Part shown: piece by piece, positions 1-13,701 of the stretch
Layout: every line of letters starts with the position of its first letter
How positions within the stretch are numbered: position 1 is the first letter of the stretch
NCBI RefSeq assembly: GCF_006345805.1
Contig: NC_042997.1
Location: 163,060,001 to 163,124,000 of the forward strand
DNA length: 64,000 nt
Direction of reading: 5' to 3'
Source of the DNA: Octopus sinensis
Taxonomy: Eukaryota
Position numbers and translations under genes: made by a program
Notes under the pieces: model-generated
The model's database searches: none
The model's input: the letters and a program-made list of their open reading frames with translations, nothing else
Told to the model about the DNA's origin: nothing

Positions 1-620
1 TTACATGAGAAGTAAAAATATCGACTTTTATGCAAGTACCCACATAGATATATGTATACAACATTACATATAAATTACATACACACACACACACAAATGT
101 AGCTATATGGAAACTAATGTACTAAATCACATCATCGTCATCTAATGTCTGTTTTCCATGCTGGATAGTTCAACAGGAGCTGGTGAGCAAGACGAGTGCA
201 CCAAGCTCCAATGTCTGCTTTGGCATGGTTTCTACAGCTTGATGCCCTTCCTAATGCCAACTGCTTTACAGAGGATACAGAGTGCTTTTTATGTGTACTG
301 GCACTAGAGAGATTACCAAGTAACTTGCAAGGCAAGACCTCCTCAACTGAGAAAAGGGAGCAGTACTGAGGGAGGTGGCTTTAGGCCAGGTGATGAGAGG
401 TTAGGAATGAAAGAGGGTGGCAGGGACAGGTGTTTTACTGTAGGGGATATAAATGGTTACCTCAGTTGGAAGAGGAGGAGGACGGTGGTGGTGAAGGTGT
501 TTCAGGGCTACCCCTCAAGTTACAGAAAGACGAATAAAGAGAAGTGGTGTGGGAAGAGAAGTGGTGTGGGCAGATAAGTTTGTGGGAGAATGAAAGGTAA
601 GCAGTGGTAGACCAACATAC

Positions 621-750
621 GTTTTTGTAATCTTCAACAGTTCACTAATTAACTCATTAGCAAAAAAAAAACAAAAAACTATTCTTATATAAATTGGCAT
701 GAATTCAAGTAAAGTTTCTTGAGTGGTTATGAAAATCAACAATGGATAAA
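621..750 (-). other. Candidate exon following 5120-5205; ends the ORF (S-LSIVDFHNHSRNFT*, stop at 705-707)
   Basis: Strong acceptor ttcttctcttttacatttcag| and a possible donor AAC|gtatgt at 620. It could be a terminal coding exon or a stop-containing cassette. Confidence 0.4.
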
Positions 751-1782
751 CTGAAATGTAAAAGAGAAGAATTTCTGAAGGAGAATCCACACAATATTGA
801 CCAGAATTAAATTCACTATAGAGTTTCTTAGACATACTTCATTGCAAAAAATTTCCCTGAGTGACCTATGTCCAGTTTTGGTTAACCATAGATATATAGA
901 TATCAAATGTATATAGATGGCTGGATAACTGGACTTGTAGTCCCTCGAAATAGAAACTAATATTTATTAAGATAGGTCAGTATTTTACTTAATGCTGTTA
1001 TAAGTATAAATCTGTAAATTTTTCCTAGACTGCACACTAAGTAATGGAGAAAATATCTGGATTCACTAAATACAAAAGAATGTTGAAATAGACGAGGACT
1101 TGTCTTTTGATCTAGTTTTCAAATCGCTATCATTCCTACCACTGTCCTCCTCCTCTCTGTATCTCTCTCAATGTATGTCTCTCTCTATTCCACTATATGA
1201 AGGAGAGATAAAAGATTAAAGAGAGAGTGAAAGAGAAAGAAAACAGGGCTTGACATGACACAAATGTACCTCTTTCATCATCACCAATGTTCTCTATTTC
1301 TATCTATTCCACTAATCAAGAGAGACAGCCAGAGAAAAAGATTGATATGACTAATCCATTTCAACTGTCTTTCTACAGCTCCTTCCATGACAAACACTAG
1401 GGTGTAACTTGAGGGAGATTTAACAACTTTTTCAAAAAATAAGTATTACACAAATCTTCCCTGAGAGGTGACAATAATATATATGATTTTATCAGAGTTC
1501 CTTGTAAAGTTTCTGAATACAAGACATGGATATAGCCTCTGGGTGCACATGCAATTATGTTTAAGTTGAATATGTGTCCCCTTGTCTTGACATCATGAGC
1601 CTCATCAACTATATAAATGTTATTGTTTCAAATCTGCCATGAATGACATGTGTGGCCTACAGAAGATATTTACTTAGAAACAGGTTAGGGTTGGTAACAC
1701 GAAAGGCATTCAGCTGTAGAAATTCTACCTCAATGAATTCTAACTGACCCATGCCAGCATGGATAAGTTAACATTAAAATGA

Positions 1783-1989
1783 TGATATATATATATACAT
1801 ATATATATATATACACATATATATATATAATACACATATATATATTACACACATATATATACACACATATATATATACACACACATATATATACACATAT
1901 ATATATACCACATATATATATACACATATATATACACAATATATATATACATATATATATATACACATATATATATATATAATATACAC

Positions 1990-2020
<31 letters not shown>

Positions 2021-2158
2021 TATATATATATACACATATACAATATATATATAATATACATATATACACACATATATATATTAACATATATACACATATA
2101 TATATACACACATATATATATATATATATACACATATATAATATTATATACACATATA

Positions 2159-2208
<50 letters not shown>

Positions 2209-2272
2209 TATATAATATATATATATACACATATATAATATATATATATACACATATTATATATATATACAC

Positions 2273-2303
<31 letters not shown>

Positions 2304-2596
2304 TATATATATATACACAATATATATATATATATACACACATATATTATATATATACACACATATATATATATATATATACACATATATATATATATAT
2401 CACACATATATATATATACACACATATATATATATATATATATACACATATATATATATATATATATACAACATATATATATATATATATAACACATATA
2501 TATATAGATATATATATATATATAACATATATATATATATATATAACACACATATATATAATATATATATACAATATATATATATATATACACATA

Positions 2597-2632
<36 letters not shown>

Positions 2633-5077
2633 ATACACATATATATATATATATATATACACATATATATATATATATATATACACATATATATATATAT
2701 ATATATACACATATATATATACACATATATATATATATATATAACATATATATATATATATTATACATATATATATACACATATATATATATACACATAT
2801 ATATATATAACATATATATATATACAATATATATATATATATATATATAATATACACATATATATAATATATATATATATATACCATATATATATATTAT
2901 ATATACATATATATATATATACACATATATATATATATATATACATATATATACATATATACACATATATATATACATATAACATATATATATATACACA
3001 TATATATATATACATATATATATATATACACATATATATTATACACATATAATATATATACACATATATATATATACACATATATATATATACACATATA
3101 TATATACACACATTATATATATATACAATATATATATATACACATATAATATATATACATATATATATATATACACATATATATACACACATATATATAT
3201 ATACACATATATATATATACACTATATATATACATATATATATACACATATATATATACACATATATATACACATTATATACACATATATACATATATAT
3301 ATACATATACATATTACATATATATACATATATATATACATATACATATATATACATATATATACATATATATATACATATACATATATATACATATATA
3401 TATACATATACATACATATATATATACATATACATATATATACATATACATACATATATATATACATATACATACATATATATATACATATACATACATA
3501 TATATACATATACATACATATATATATACATATACATATACATATATATTATATACATATATATATAATATACATATACATATATATATACATATACATA
3601 TATATATACATATATATATACATATACATATATATATACATTACATATATATTACATATATATACATTATACATATATATACATACATATATACATATAT
3701 ATATATACTATATACATATATATACATACATATATACATATTATACATATATATATACATTATATACATATACATAACATATATATACATATACATATAT
3801 ATACACATATACATACATATATATATCACATATACATACATATATATACATATAATATATACACATATACATATATTACATATATATACATATATATACA
3901 TATATATACATATATATATATAATATATATATACACATATACATACATATATATATACACATATACACATATATATTACACATATACATACATATATATA
4001 TACACATATACATACATATATATATACATATACATAATATATATATACATATATATATATACATATATATACATACATATATATATACATATATACATTA
4101 TATATATACATATATATACATATATATATACATACATACATATATATATAATATACATATATACATTATATATATATATATATAATATATATATACATAT
4201 ATATAATATATATATACATATACATATATATATACATATAATATATACATATACATATATATATCATATACATATATATATAACATATATATATATATAT
4301 CTACATATATATACATACCATATATACATATATACATACATATATACATATATATACATATATATAGATACATATATATATACATATAATATATACATAT
4401 ATATACATATACATATACATATATATATATACATATATATACATATATACATATACATATATATACAATATACATACATATATATACATATATATATACA
4501 CATACATATATATACATATATATACATATATATAACATATATATACATATTATATATACATATATATATACACATATACATACTATATATATATACACAT
4601 ATAATAACATATATATTACACATATACATACATATATATACACATATACATACATATATATATACATATATATACATACTATATATATAACATATACATA
4701 ACATATATATACACATATACATATATATACATATATATACATATATAATATACATAATATACATACATATATATACTATATACATACATATATATACATA
4801 TATATACATATTATACATACATTATATACATATATATATACATATATATACATATATATACATATATATAATACATATATATACATATATATACTACATA
4901 TATATACATATATATACATATATATACTACATATATATACATATATATACATATATATACATATATATACATACATATATATACATATATATATACACAT
5001 ATATATACATATATATATACACATATATATACATATATATATACACATATATATACATATATATACACATATATATC
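1783..5077. repeat. Giant (~3.3 kb) compound (TA)n/(CA)-interrupted microsatellite
   Basis: Almost pure alternating purine-pyrimidine A/T/C sequence. It is the source of the many YIYI/CVYI ORFs. Confidence 0.97.
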
Positions 5078-5119
5078 ATAAGAGAGTTTTTTTTTTTATT
5101 TTACATGAAATTCCCTTAC

Positions 5120-5205
5120 CTTTCAGAGCAGAAAGATTCAGCACCTCCTTTGGTCACATGACCACATGGAGACTTCCTATCATGATCAACACTGTAGTTT
5201 TTAAT
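5120..5205 (-). CDS. Internal coding exon, 86 nt ([28 protein letters not shown] + AG, phase 0 to 2)
   Basis: Strong acceptor aattttttcttccag| and strong donor AAG|gtaagg. Only the phase-0 frame is open; the other two frames contain stops. This matches the phase-0 donors upstream. Confidence 0.7.
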
Positions 5206-5378
5206 CTGGAAGAAAAAATTAATTAAAATGTAATACACAATTTAACTAATTAAAATATAATACACAAAGCAGATGAACTTTCAGCTAATCTCTTCATCAC
5301 TAATGTGTTTTTGATGTTTTTATAACAGACACTTCATTACAATACCACCACCATATTGCAACAATTATTCACACACAT

Positions 5379-5445
<67 letters not shown>

Positions 5446-6817
5446 ATGCGCACATGCACTTTGTTTTTCTTTTTGTATTGGCATATATCATTCCATGGTT
5501 TTTTTTAGTTGGATGGTACCACTTAATGGTACTATCTTAAATACTACATAAGAAAATATATCTGAAAAGAAATTCCGATTTTACCTTTCAAAATCTAGTT
5601 CCAGAGGATCTAGAAAAGCTCATAGGCACAGCTAGGCACACTGACTAAACTGCAATAAAATTCAAACCCCACAGTTAAAGGGACGATTAGGGAACAAAAA
5701 GATGCCACTGCCGGGAATGTGATATAAACCAATCTAAAGCAATACAGTAATATTCCGGTCAATAATAATGCTTGCACATAGTCACTCATCATGCAGAAAT
5801 AGTAGCTAAATATCTCTCCAATTACACCCGACTGTCATAAAAAAAAAAAGGACAGATTAAATTAATAGTCCTCACTACATTATGCTTTGGAAGGGGAAAA
5901 AAAAAGACAGGCTGGTCACAGCTGGAATGCTTCCACTGGCAGCCTATTCAGTCAGGGCAAATCTGAAGTAGCAACAAGACACACTAATAAAAATAACTAT
6001 TAGCTCATACCATTCTTCTTAGCACATTAATATCAATTAATTCTTCACTCCACAGACATTTTGAAATTAGAAAGAAAATTACCTGCTCAACTGACTAAAC
6101 AACAAACAGTTTAGTAGCTTAAAGTTGTGAATTTGAATTTTGTCAAAATTACCTCTGCTTTTCATACAATTGAATGAAGAAAATAACATACTTGCATAAC
6201 TTGTCAAAAAAATAATAATGTCTATCTACAATGCCAAGTATTTGGGCTACTTTCAAGCATTTAATTGGCTACTTTTTGTGACAAGTCTGCTCAACCAGAA
6301 TTCAATAGCAATATAGACAAAAATTAACTCAAATTTGGACAAAATATTTTCACTGTTCAGTACCTTTGTGAAATCACATCCATATACACACATACAACAT
6401 ACATAAGGCATAAGCATCAATCTGAGAGTAAAAAATAAAATAAAAGTCTCAGGGCTTAATTTATATTCTTGGGATTGCTCATTTTGACAAATATGCAGTA
6501 GAAGTGGGATAGTTGGCTATGTTAATCAATAGTAGGATAGCCTGTTTTGCTAGGGCTTAGTAGCTGATGAATTACCTGTGAAACAAGCAATATACTTCTT
6601 GCAGTAGAAATTTTAGTTAACTGCTAGAACATATAATAGTCCTTAAAATTTAGCATGAAGGAACAGCAAGTAATATGTAGTCTAATCAATAATATGATTA
6701 CTTTGTAATAGGTATGCTGTTCCAATCCTATTAGTATAGGTTTTTGTTTTTTTATGTTCATGTTTCAAACCATATTAGTGACTTGTATTAAAATATTAAA
6801 TTTCCTAGCTATTAATT

Positions 6818-6854
<37 letters not shown>

Positions 6855-6856
<2 letters not shown>

Positions 6857-7250
6857 CATCATCATTTAACGTCCGTTTTCCATGCTAGCATGGGTTGGAT
6901 GGTTCGACTGGGGTCTGGTAAGCCATGGAGGCTGCACCAGGTTCTAGTCTGATGTGGCAGTGTTTCTACAGCTGGATGCCTTTCCTAACGCCAACCACTC
7001 CGTGAGTGTAGTGGGTGTTTTTTACGTGCCACCGGCACAGGAGCCAGAGCAAGCTGCCAAACGGCCACGATCGGTTGGTGCTTTTACGTGTCACCGACAC
7101 AGACGCCAGTCAGGCGACGCTAGTATCTGCCACGTTCGAACAGTGCTTTTTACGTGTCACCGGCACGGGTGTCTTAACTACAATTTCGATTTGAATTTTT
7201 ATTTTGATATTGACGAACTTGACTCAACAGGTCTCCTCAAGAACAGCGGG
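6855..7250 (-). mobile_element. (GAT)n-tailed SINE / LINE-3'-end family (representative copy)
   Basis: CATCATCATTTAACGTCCGTTTTCCATGCTAGCATGGGTTGG...CTGGATGCCCTTCCTAACGCC. Related copies lie near 129, 1640, 8760, 14335, 16975, 29270, 31585, 37915, 43160, 50645, 56205 and 63140. Confidence 0.85.
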
Positions 7251-9229
7251 TCTCTTTTACTTGTTTCAGCCATTAGGTTGCAGCAATGCTGGGGCAACAC
7301 CTTGAAGAATTTTAGTCAAATTTACCCCAGTACTTTTTTGTGAAGCCTGGTACATATTTTATTTGTCTCTTTGCTGAACAACTGAATTACAGGAACATAA
7401 ACACACCAATACCGGTTATCAAGCAGTGGCAGGGGACGACTCATGCAAGCATGGTGTGATGATGATAAGATATATGTAAAATTCCTGTTGGTCAGGACTA
7501 AGTTTTATCTGACAGCATGTTCAACCAGTCTGGATGAACAAACTGTCAGATAAAACAAAGTTCCAGTCTACACAAACTTTACCATAAATTTAGCTATTCT
7601 CATTACTGAGTTCCTCTATCATCAAATGTTCTATTGGTTATTCTTAAACTTCATTTAACCTAATAGCAATATAGTTTATTCTGTCAAATGTAATGCTTAT
7701 TTATAGACATTGTGTTGAATTAGTCAAGCATTATCTCACAGCTCCAAAATTTCAATGTTGTGATAGTATTTTTTCAGAATAACATCATAGGATAGGCGAA
7801 AGAGGCTGGATCTGGTTGGTTTGAACATAAAACATGTAGCATATTTGGGCCAGATACAGCTGGTTTAAATGCTAAAAGGATAGAATAATAACCACAACTT
7901 AATGTGTGGTTGTAGTAGCAAAATATTCAAACAGTCAGGATACTTCCATTTTATGAAAAATTTGAAGAACAGTAACTTGTAATAGTTTCCAGTTACCAAA
8001 TACTGAATCATTTTACAGCCCATACTTAAACCATGTGTGTGCATGTGCACACATGCAGTGTAGTATATGGACAATGCTAGACAAAAGATAATACACTGCA
8101 AGTGTTTACAAATATATAAAATAACCCAGTAAAATCTGTGAAGATATACAGGACAAATTTAAGTCATAATTTCAAATTAATCTTTTTATTTCATAAAATA
8201 ATTACTATAAGTTTGGAGTATGTCTACAGACTGCATGTACCATGCTTTCAACACTGTCTGCTGTGGGTTGGGTGGGTGGGGGGTTAAATAGTATTTATAT
8301 AACTAGAAACATCTGTAAAAACTGAACAGGGAATAGAAAATATGTTTGTATATAACATTATAATCAAAACTCAAAGCCTTCCACTTTATCCTCACTCACT
8401 TTTCTTTTATTGGATACATTTAAAAATGTTATATTTGAAAATACACTGCTGCAGCCCACATTATTTTCACTAAAAGCAAATAGAACTCCCCATTGCTTTC
8501 CATGTACCTGAACACTCCAGATAAGATCAATATATTTTAAAGGAAAAGAATATCAAACAAATTGTATCTAATATATGTATATTATGGTTATCGTTATTTA
8601 ATATCAAATAGGTTAATTTGAAAGTTTATTCCATAAGTTTTCACATGTGCATTTGTGTGCGCGCGCTCATATGTGGGAGGTTTGCATCCATTGTCATGAC
8701 ATCATGTAATAATTATGAGTATATATTTCATGCATGTGGTATCCATTATCAATCTTACATGCAAACATGTCTAGTCATGGGGAAATATCACCTCGCTTGG
8801 AAACAGGCAAGAGTTGGTGAGAGGAAGGGCATTTGACCATACAAAATCTGCCTCAACAAATTAAATTCTATCCAACTCACACAAGCATGGAAAAATGAAT
8901 ATTAAAATGATGTTTTCATTAAAAACAAAAGCGAAAACAAACATGCATACAAATGATACAACTCTTCACTTTTGCAAATAGGCTCAGTGGTTGGCAAAAT
9001 TTATGTGCAATAAATTGCTTAAACTTCTGCAATACACAAAATATTTTAATTTGTTTTTTATACAATTCCTAATAATACTTAATTATAAAAATACAGTAGG
9101 ATTTTCTTTTATATATACACCAAATAATTATGAGGGTCCCATAGGGTAAAATAGGAATCAAAGGGGTCCATTGGCAATAAATAGTCGAGAACCACTGATA
9201 GAGTCTCGGGACTTCATATCAAAACTTCA

Positions 9230-9597
9230 TTGCCTCCATGAAAAGACCTTGAAAATATCCTCTAATGAGACCATAAAATTTTGTCACTTTCAACAGTTCT
9301 AAAACACAATCACTTGCTAAAATAGTCTAAAACAATATGTAAGTAAACACTCTCAGTTGTTACAAATGCTAGATAAAATCAATTTATGATGACATTACCT
9401 TGTGATCCCTTCAAAAAACATAGCTAAAATTGTACTCAAAAAGGTAAGTTTTCTGCCAGTCAATGATTCCAACAAAACCCAAGTGAAACATACAATGGAA
9501 TATTGCTCCATTTTGGACAGTGCTGTTGCCTGCTACACATGTATTATATATATATACATATATATATATATACACATATATATACACACACACATAT

Positions 9598-9648
<51 letters not shown>

Positions 9649-9831
9649 TATACACACACACACATATATACACACACATATATACACACACATATATACA
9701 CACACATATATACACACACATATATACACACACATATATACACACACATATATACACACACATATATACACACACATATATACACACACATATATACACA
9801 CACATATATACACACACATATATACACACAC

Positions 9832-9877
<46 letters not shown>

Positions 9878-10060
9878 CCACATCCAAAAGATGCTCCTCA
9901 TAATTAGCTCATAGATACACCCATCTTTTTCTTGTCACTCCTGCAGTGTGTCATGCCACTTAGGCACCATACAAACTGCAGTGTCTAATCTTTCTTCTTC
10001 TGGGCATCAAACATTCAGAATTCCTTCCTTGGCCATATTTTACCTGCTGGGATTAACTTA
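9230..10060 (+). mobile_element. LINE ORF2 C-terminal remnant split by a microsatellite
   Basis: KTQVKHTMEYCS..DSA ... DHIQK resembles the YKAQIRPxMEYCSHIW...LDRIQK motif. Confidence 0.6.
9545..9875. repeat. (TA)/(CA) compound microsatellite with a 14-bp higher-order unit TATATACACACACA
   Basis: Directly visible. It interrupts a LINE remnant. Confidence 0.95.
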
Positions 10061-11524
10061 CTAATGTTCAAACTAAACATCAATCATATTCATCTTAGCA
10101 AGTCTTAGAGAACCTGCAATGGTCATGAGCATTGTCCCCTGTTCAGAGTGTCAAATGAAATGTGTTGCAATATTTATTTTACATGTCTGAGTTCAATGCT
10201 CAACTTCCACTGAGATGAATTTTGCCTTTTGTCTTTTCAAGGGCCAGTAAAGAAAATACTACATACTGTTACATCCTGGATGTTCTGCTGTGTCAAGAGT
10301 TGGGGACTGAGAAGTGTCTATGTCTATTTGTGGCTTCATGGGTACATAAAACAATTAGTGAAACCCTGGTATATGCTACCAAGTCACCCTCAGTCCTGAG
10401 TGATGGTTGTACTTTATCTAGAACTGCATGATATTACAAAATTTGCTGCAGCGCTCCATCACGTACTCCATCTATCAAATGTCCATAACATTTCAATAGA
10501 AAGCTTTGCTGACAGCTAGTCATACATAATATTCATGTGAATACTGTTAATTGCCAGAACATAAAGAGGATGTTGTGTAGTAATCTAGAGGGAGACAGAC
10601 ATATAAAACAGTTCATGCAAGTAGGATTAACATTTTCAATACATGGCAGAACATATCAATGTTATTACGATAGTGTAAAACACAGCTATGTAACTGAGAA
10701 ATGGAATGCACATTTTTTTTTGCACATTTGGAGACAATAGATTTATTAGTTACAGTATTGCTGAAATAATGGTTTAATTTAGTTTGTTGTAATCATCCTT
10801 CTATATAATCATAAAATAACAGAAATATATAAATTTATTCAAATATATGGGTAGTTGTTTTAACCTATTTCCATAAGCTGACAACGCGCAAACTAGCTGA
10901 TTAAATTGCCTCTTATCAGAAATAGTATTAAGCAAATTACCCTTCAACAAATCAACCTCTGTCCAGTAAAGAATTCATAAAAACAAATAAATAGGTTATG
11001 TATTATCCATTAAAGCCCAATCAGGCAAATCTTCATATATTTTTTTTCTTACTGTGACATCCTTCAAAAAAAATTGCAAAATTTAAAAAATATTAGCTAA
11101 AATTGATTTGTACAACATGTGGTCTAGTCATGCAAAAATGGTGAAAAAAAACTAATACACTTAATAATTCTATAAGAAATAATGTTACACATGAAAAATA
11201 AGAAATCCAGTTAATTTGTATTAATCAACATTAACGAGATCAACAACAGTAACAGTTGTGAAGTCTAATGAACACAAGAATACTTACAATATATTTTGAT
11301 ATAGATATCTTTCATTTAAGCCCATGCTATAAAGTAGTTGGTAATGGCATAAAATATGCCAAAAGCACATGCCATATGCAACAACAAAACAGTGACATGC
11401 TTTTCTCTGCTGTTGTATGTACATAGAAAAAGGATCCCGCCACATGCAGCATGATGCTGCCATCCAACCCATACCAAAAAGGAGGAGGAGGATATACCAC
11501 CGCCTACTTGCAGAAGCAACTTAC

Positions 11525-11539
11525 ATACTTCATAGAAAA
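11525..11539 (-). CDS. Candidate 15-nt microexon (FSMKY), frame-preserving
   Basis: Reads ttttttcttttactataattag|TTTTCTATGAAGTAT|gtaagt, with a consensus GTAAGT donor, length divisible by 3 and an open phase-0 frame. Four GCATG motifs lie within about 200 nt downstream. Confidence 0.55.
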
Positions 11540-11596
11540 CTAATTATAGTAAAAGAAAAAATTCATGTCTCTCCTAATTTACATCAGGGTATGTAG

Positions 11597-11599
<3 letters not shown>

Positions 11600-11635
<36 letters not shown>

Positions 11636-11657
11636 AAACAGAAAGTCCTTGGTACAG

Positions 11658-11702
<45 letters not shown>

Positions 11703-11761
11703 ATATATATTATATATATATATATAAGAAACAGAAAGTCCTTGGTACAGTATTATATATA

Positions 11762-11804
<43 letters not shown>

Positions 11805-11832
11805 TAGATATATATACATATATATATATACA
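11600..11832. repeat. (TA)n microsatellite containing a duplicated ~30-bp unique island (AAGAAACAGAAAGTCCTTGGTACAGTAT)
   Basis: Identical island at about 11633 and 11726, each flanked by TA runs. Confidence 0.9.
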
Positions 11833-12562
11833 TACACACACACAAATAACCATATATAAATTAATTCATAAACAAATATTCTTGGCCATACTTCAACAAC
11901 TGAAGCCAGCAAAAGTATAACAGAATATATAAATAGATTTTATAATACATGTTCAAAGAAATCCATCTACAATGCTTAGACTGAAAAAACTATCAGTGAA
12001 ATTTTCCAGAAATTTGTTTTTAAAAAAAAAAAAATTCTCTCTATACACACAACTCTTCATACACAAATTCCAAGCTTTGCTCTAATTTTTATATTTGTTA
12101 AGTGAAATTCTTGAAAGATTACAAATCAATGCTGAAGCTGACTGAATTCATTAAAAATGTCAGTTTAAGGAATTAGAAACAAACCAAAAGCAGTCATTAA
12201 TTAGAAAAGAGCTCTCACAATTTCAAGTTATTCATAGATTGCAGAAACCAGCAATTTAAAAATATTTACCATTCTTTATTTACAATAAAATTTCCATCCT
12301 AATAAATCAAATAACTCCTCAATACTACACGATTTTTACCTTCTAAACAGATTTCATATAAATTTTCCAGCAATTTTATAGAGAAAAAGCAGCTTGTTGG
12401 TACAGCATGTCAATAAAACAAATATGATGTTGTACCAACTCCATTCAAGTTGCTGAAGGAGTAAAAATTAATAACATAATCCAGTCAAACCAAAATGAAA
12501 ATAAAGATAATTATTAGAATTGTAAACAAATGATTTGAATCAGCCAAGTCAATTTAATAGTT

Positions 12563-12912
12563 TGTGACTGTGTGGTTAACAAGTTCACTTTGCAACCACA
12601 TGGTTACAGGTTCAGTCCCTCTGTGCAGCACCTTGGGCAAGTGTCTTCTACTATAACCCTAGACTGACCAATGCCTTGTGAGTGAATTTGATATACAGAA
12701 ACTGTGGGGAAGTTCTGTGTGTGTGTGTCCCACCTCCAGTGCTTGACAACTGGTGTTGGTTTGTTTGTATCCCTGTAACGAAAGCAACTGACAGAATAAG
12801 TACCAGACTTAAAAAAAAAAGTACTGGGGTGTATTTATCTAACTAAACCCTTCAAGGTGGTGCCCCATAATGGTTGGAGTCCAATGACTGGAACAAGTAA
12901 AAGATAAAAAGA
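12563..12912 (+). mobile_element. tRNA-derived SINE (same family as 41961-42392)
   Basis: A/B boxes, the CACCTTGGGCAAGTGTCTTCTACTATA core and an AAGTAAAAGA tail. Confidence 0.85.
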
Positions 12913-13701
12913 TATGAAATGGAATTTGATGGTACGACATGAAGAGAAATAAATTCCAAAATATTATGCAGTGACTGTATATCAGATTCTTTCACAATAA
13001 AGGACCCTGCTCACAATATTCAAAAAAGAGATATGATACTGCAAAAGACATTTACAAAGACTATGAAAGCACTAAGACCAATTAATCCTCTCAGCAACAG
13101 TTTCTCACCATAATCTATAACCATAACAAGATTTTCTTGATTATAATAAGTTGCTAAGTTTTGACAATGGAAATATACACATATAAACATTACTTAAACA
13201 TACATGATCAACTTATCAGAAACTATTGCTGTGGGTGTATGTGTATATATATATACACACACACACATCACGATGTAATTCCACCGAGGTCAATTACTAT
13301 TTAATCGTTTGGGAGGTAGAGGAGCATAAATAAAGCACTAGTAAGTACTGGGTTGTCTCTTCTCCCTCACGCACACTATCTAAAAGACATCAGCTTTGTT
13401 CAGACCTAGAACAAGATAGGGTCCATCAGCTTTAAAATGTCCTGCCCTGCACATACCCTATGTCATGATGATACTACTAAGAATCTGACAGAGGTTGGAC
13501 CCCCACCCCACCCTCACCATAGTATAAACATTACCAGTAATAGAAAGAGGACATTAATAATGATGGCAGTGATGTGTGCATACATGAATATCTTGTGAAC
13601 TTTCTTATGACAAAAAACTTTTGTTAAGGTTATACAGGGAAAGAATTTGTCTTATTCAGCCAAGCCAATGCAGGAATGAAAAGTATACAAAATGATAATG
13701 A

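Noticed and set aside
1730-5068. Many long YIYI/CVYI ORFs (also at 9402-9914, 11565-11912, 37553-37928 and 42133-42441)
   Set aside because: These are translations of TA/CA microsatellites, which are stop-poor by composition.
6564-6590. CTGATGA-attacctgt-GAAAC hammerhead-like string, and an overlapping AG|GT recursive-splice-like site
   Set aside because: There is no convincing stem I/III or cleavage triplet. AG|GT motifs of this strength (also near 44168, 55911 and 57066) are expected by chance.
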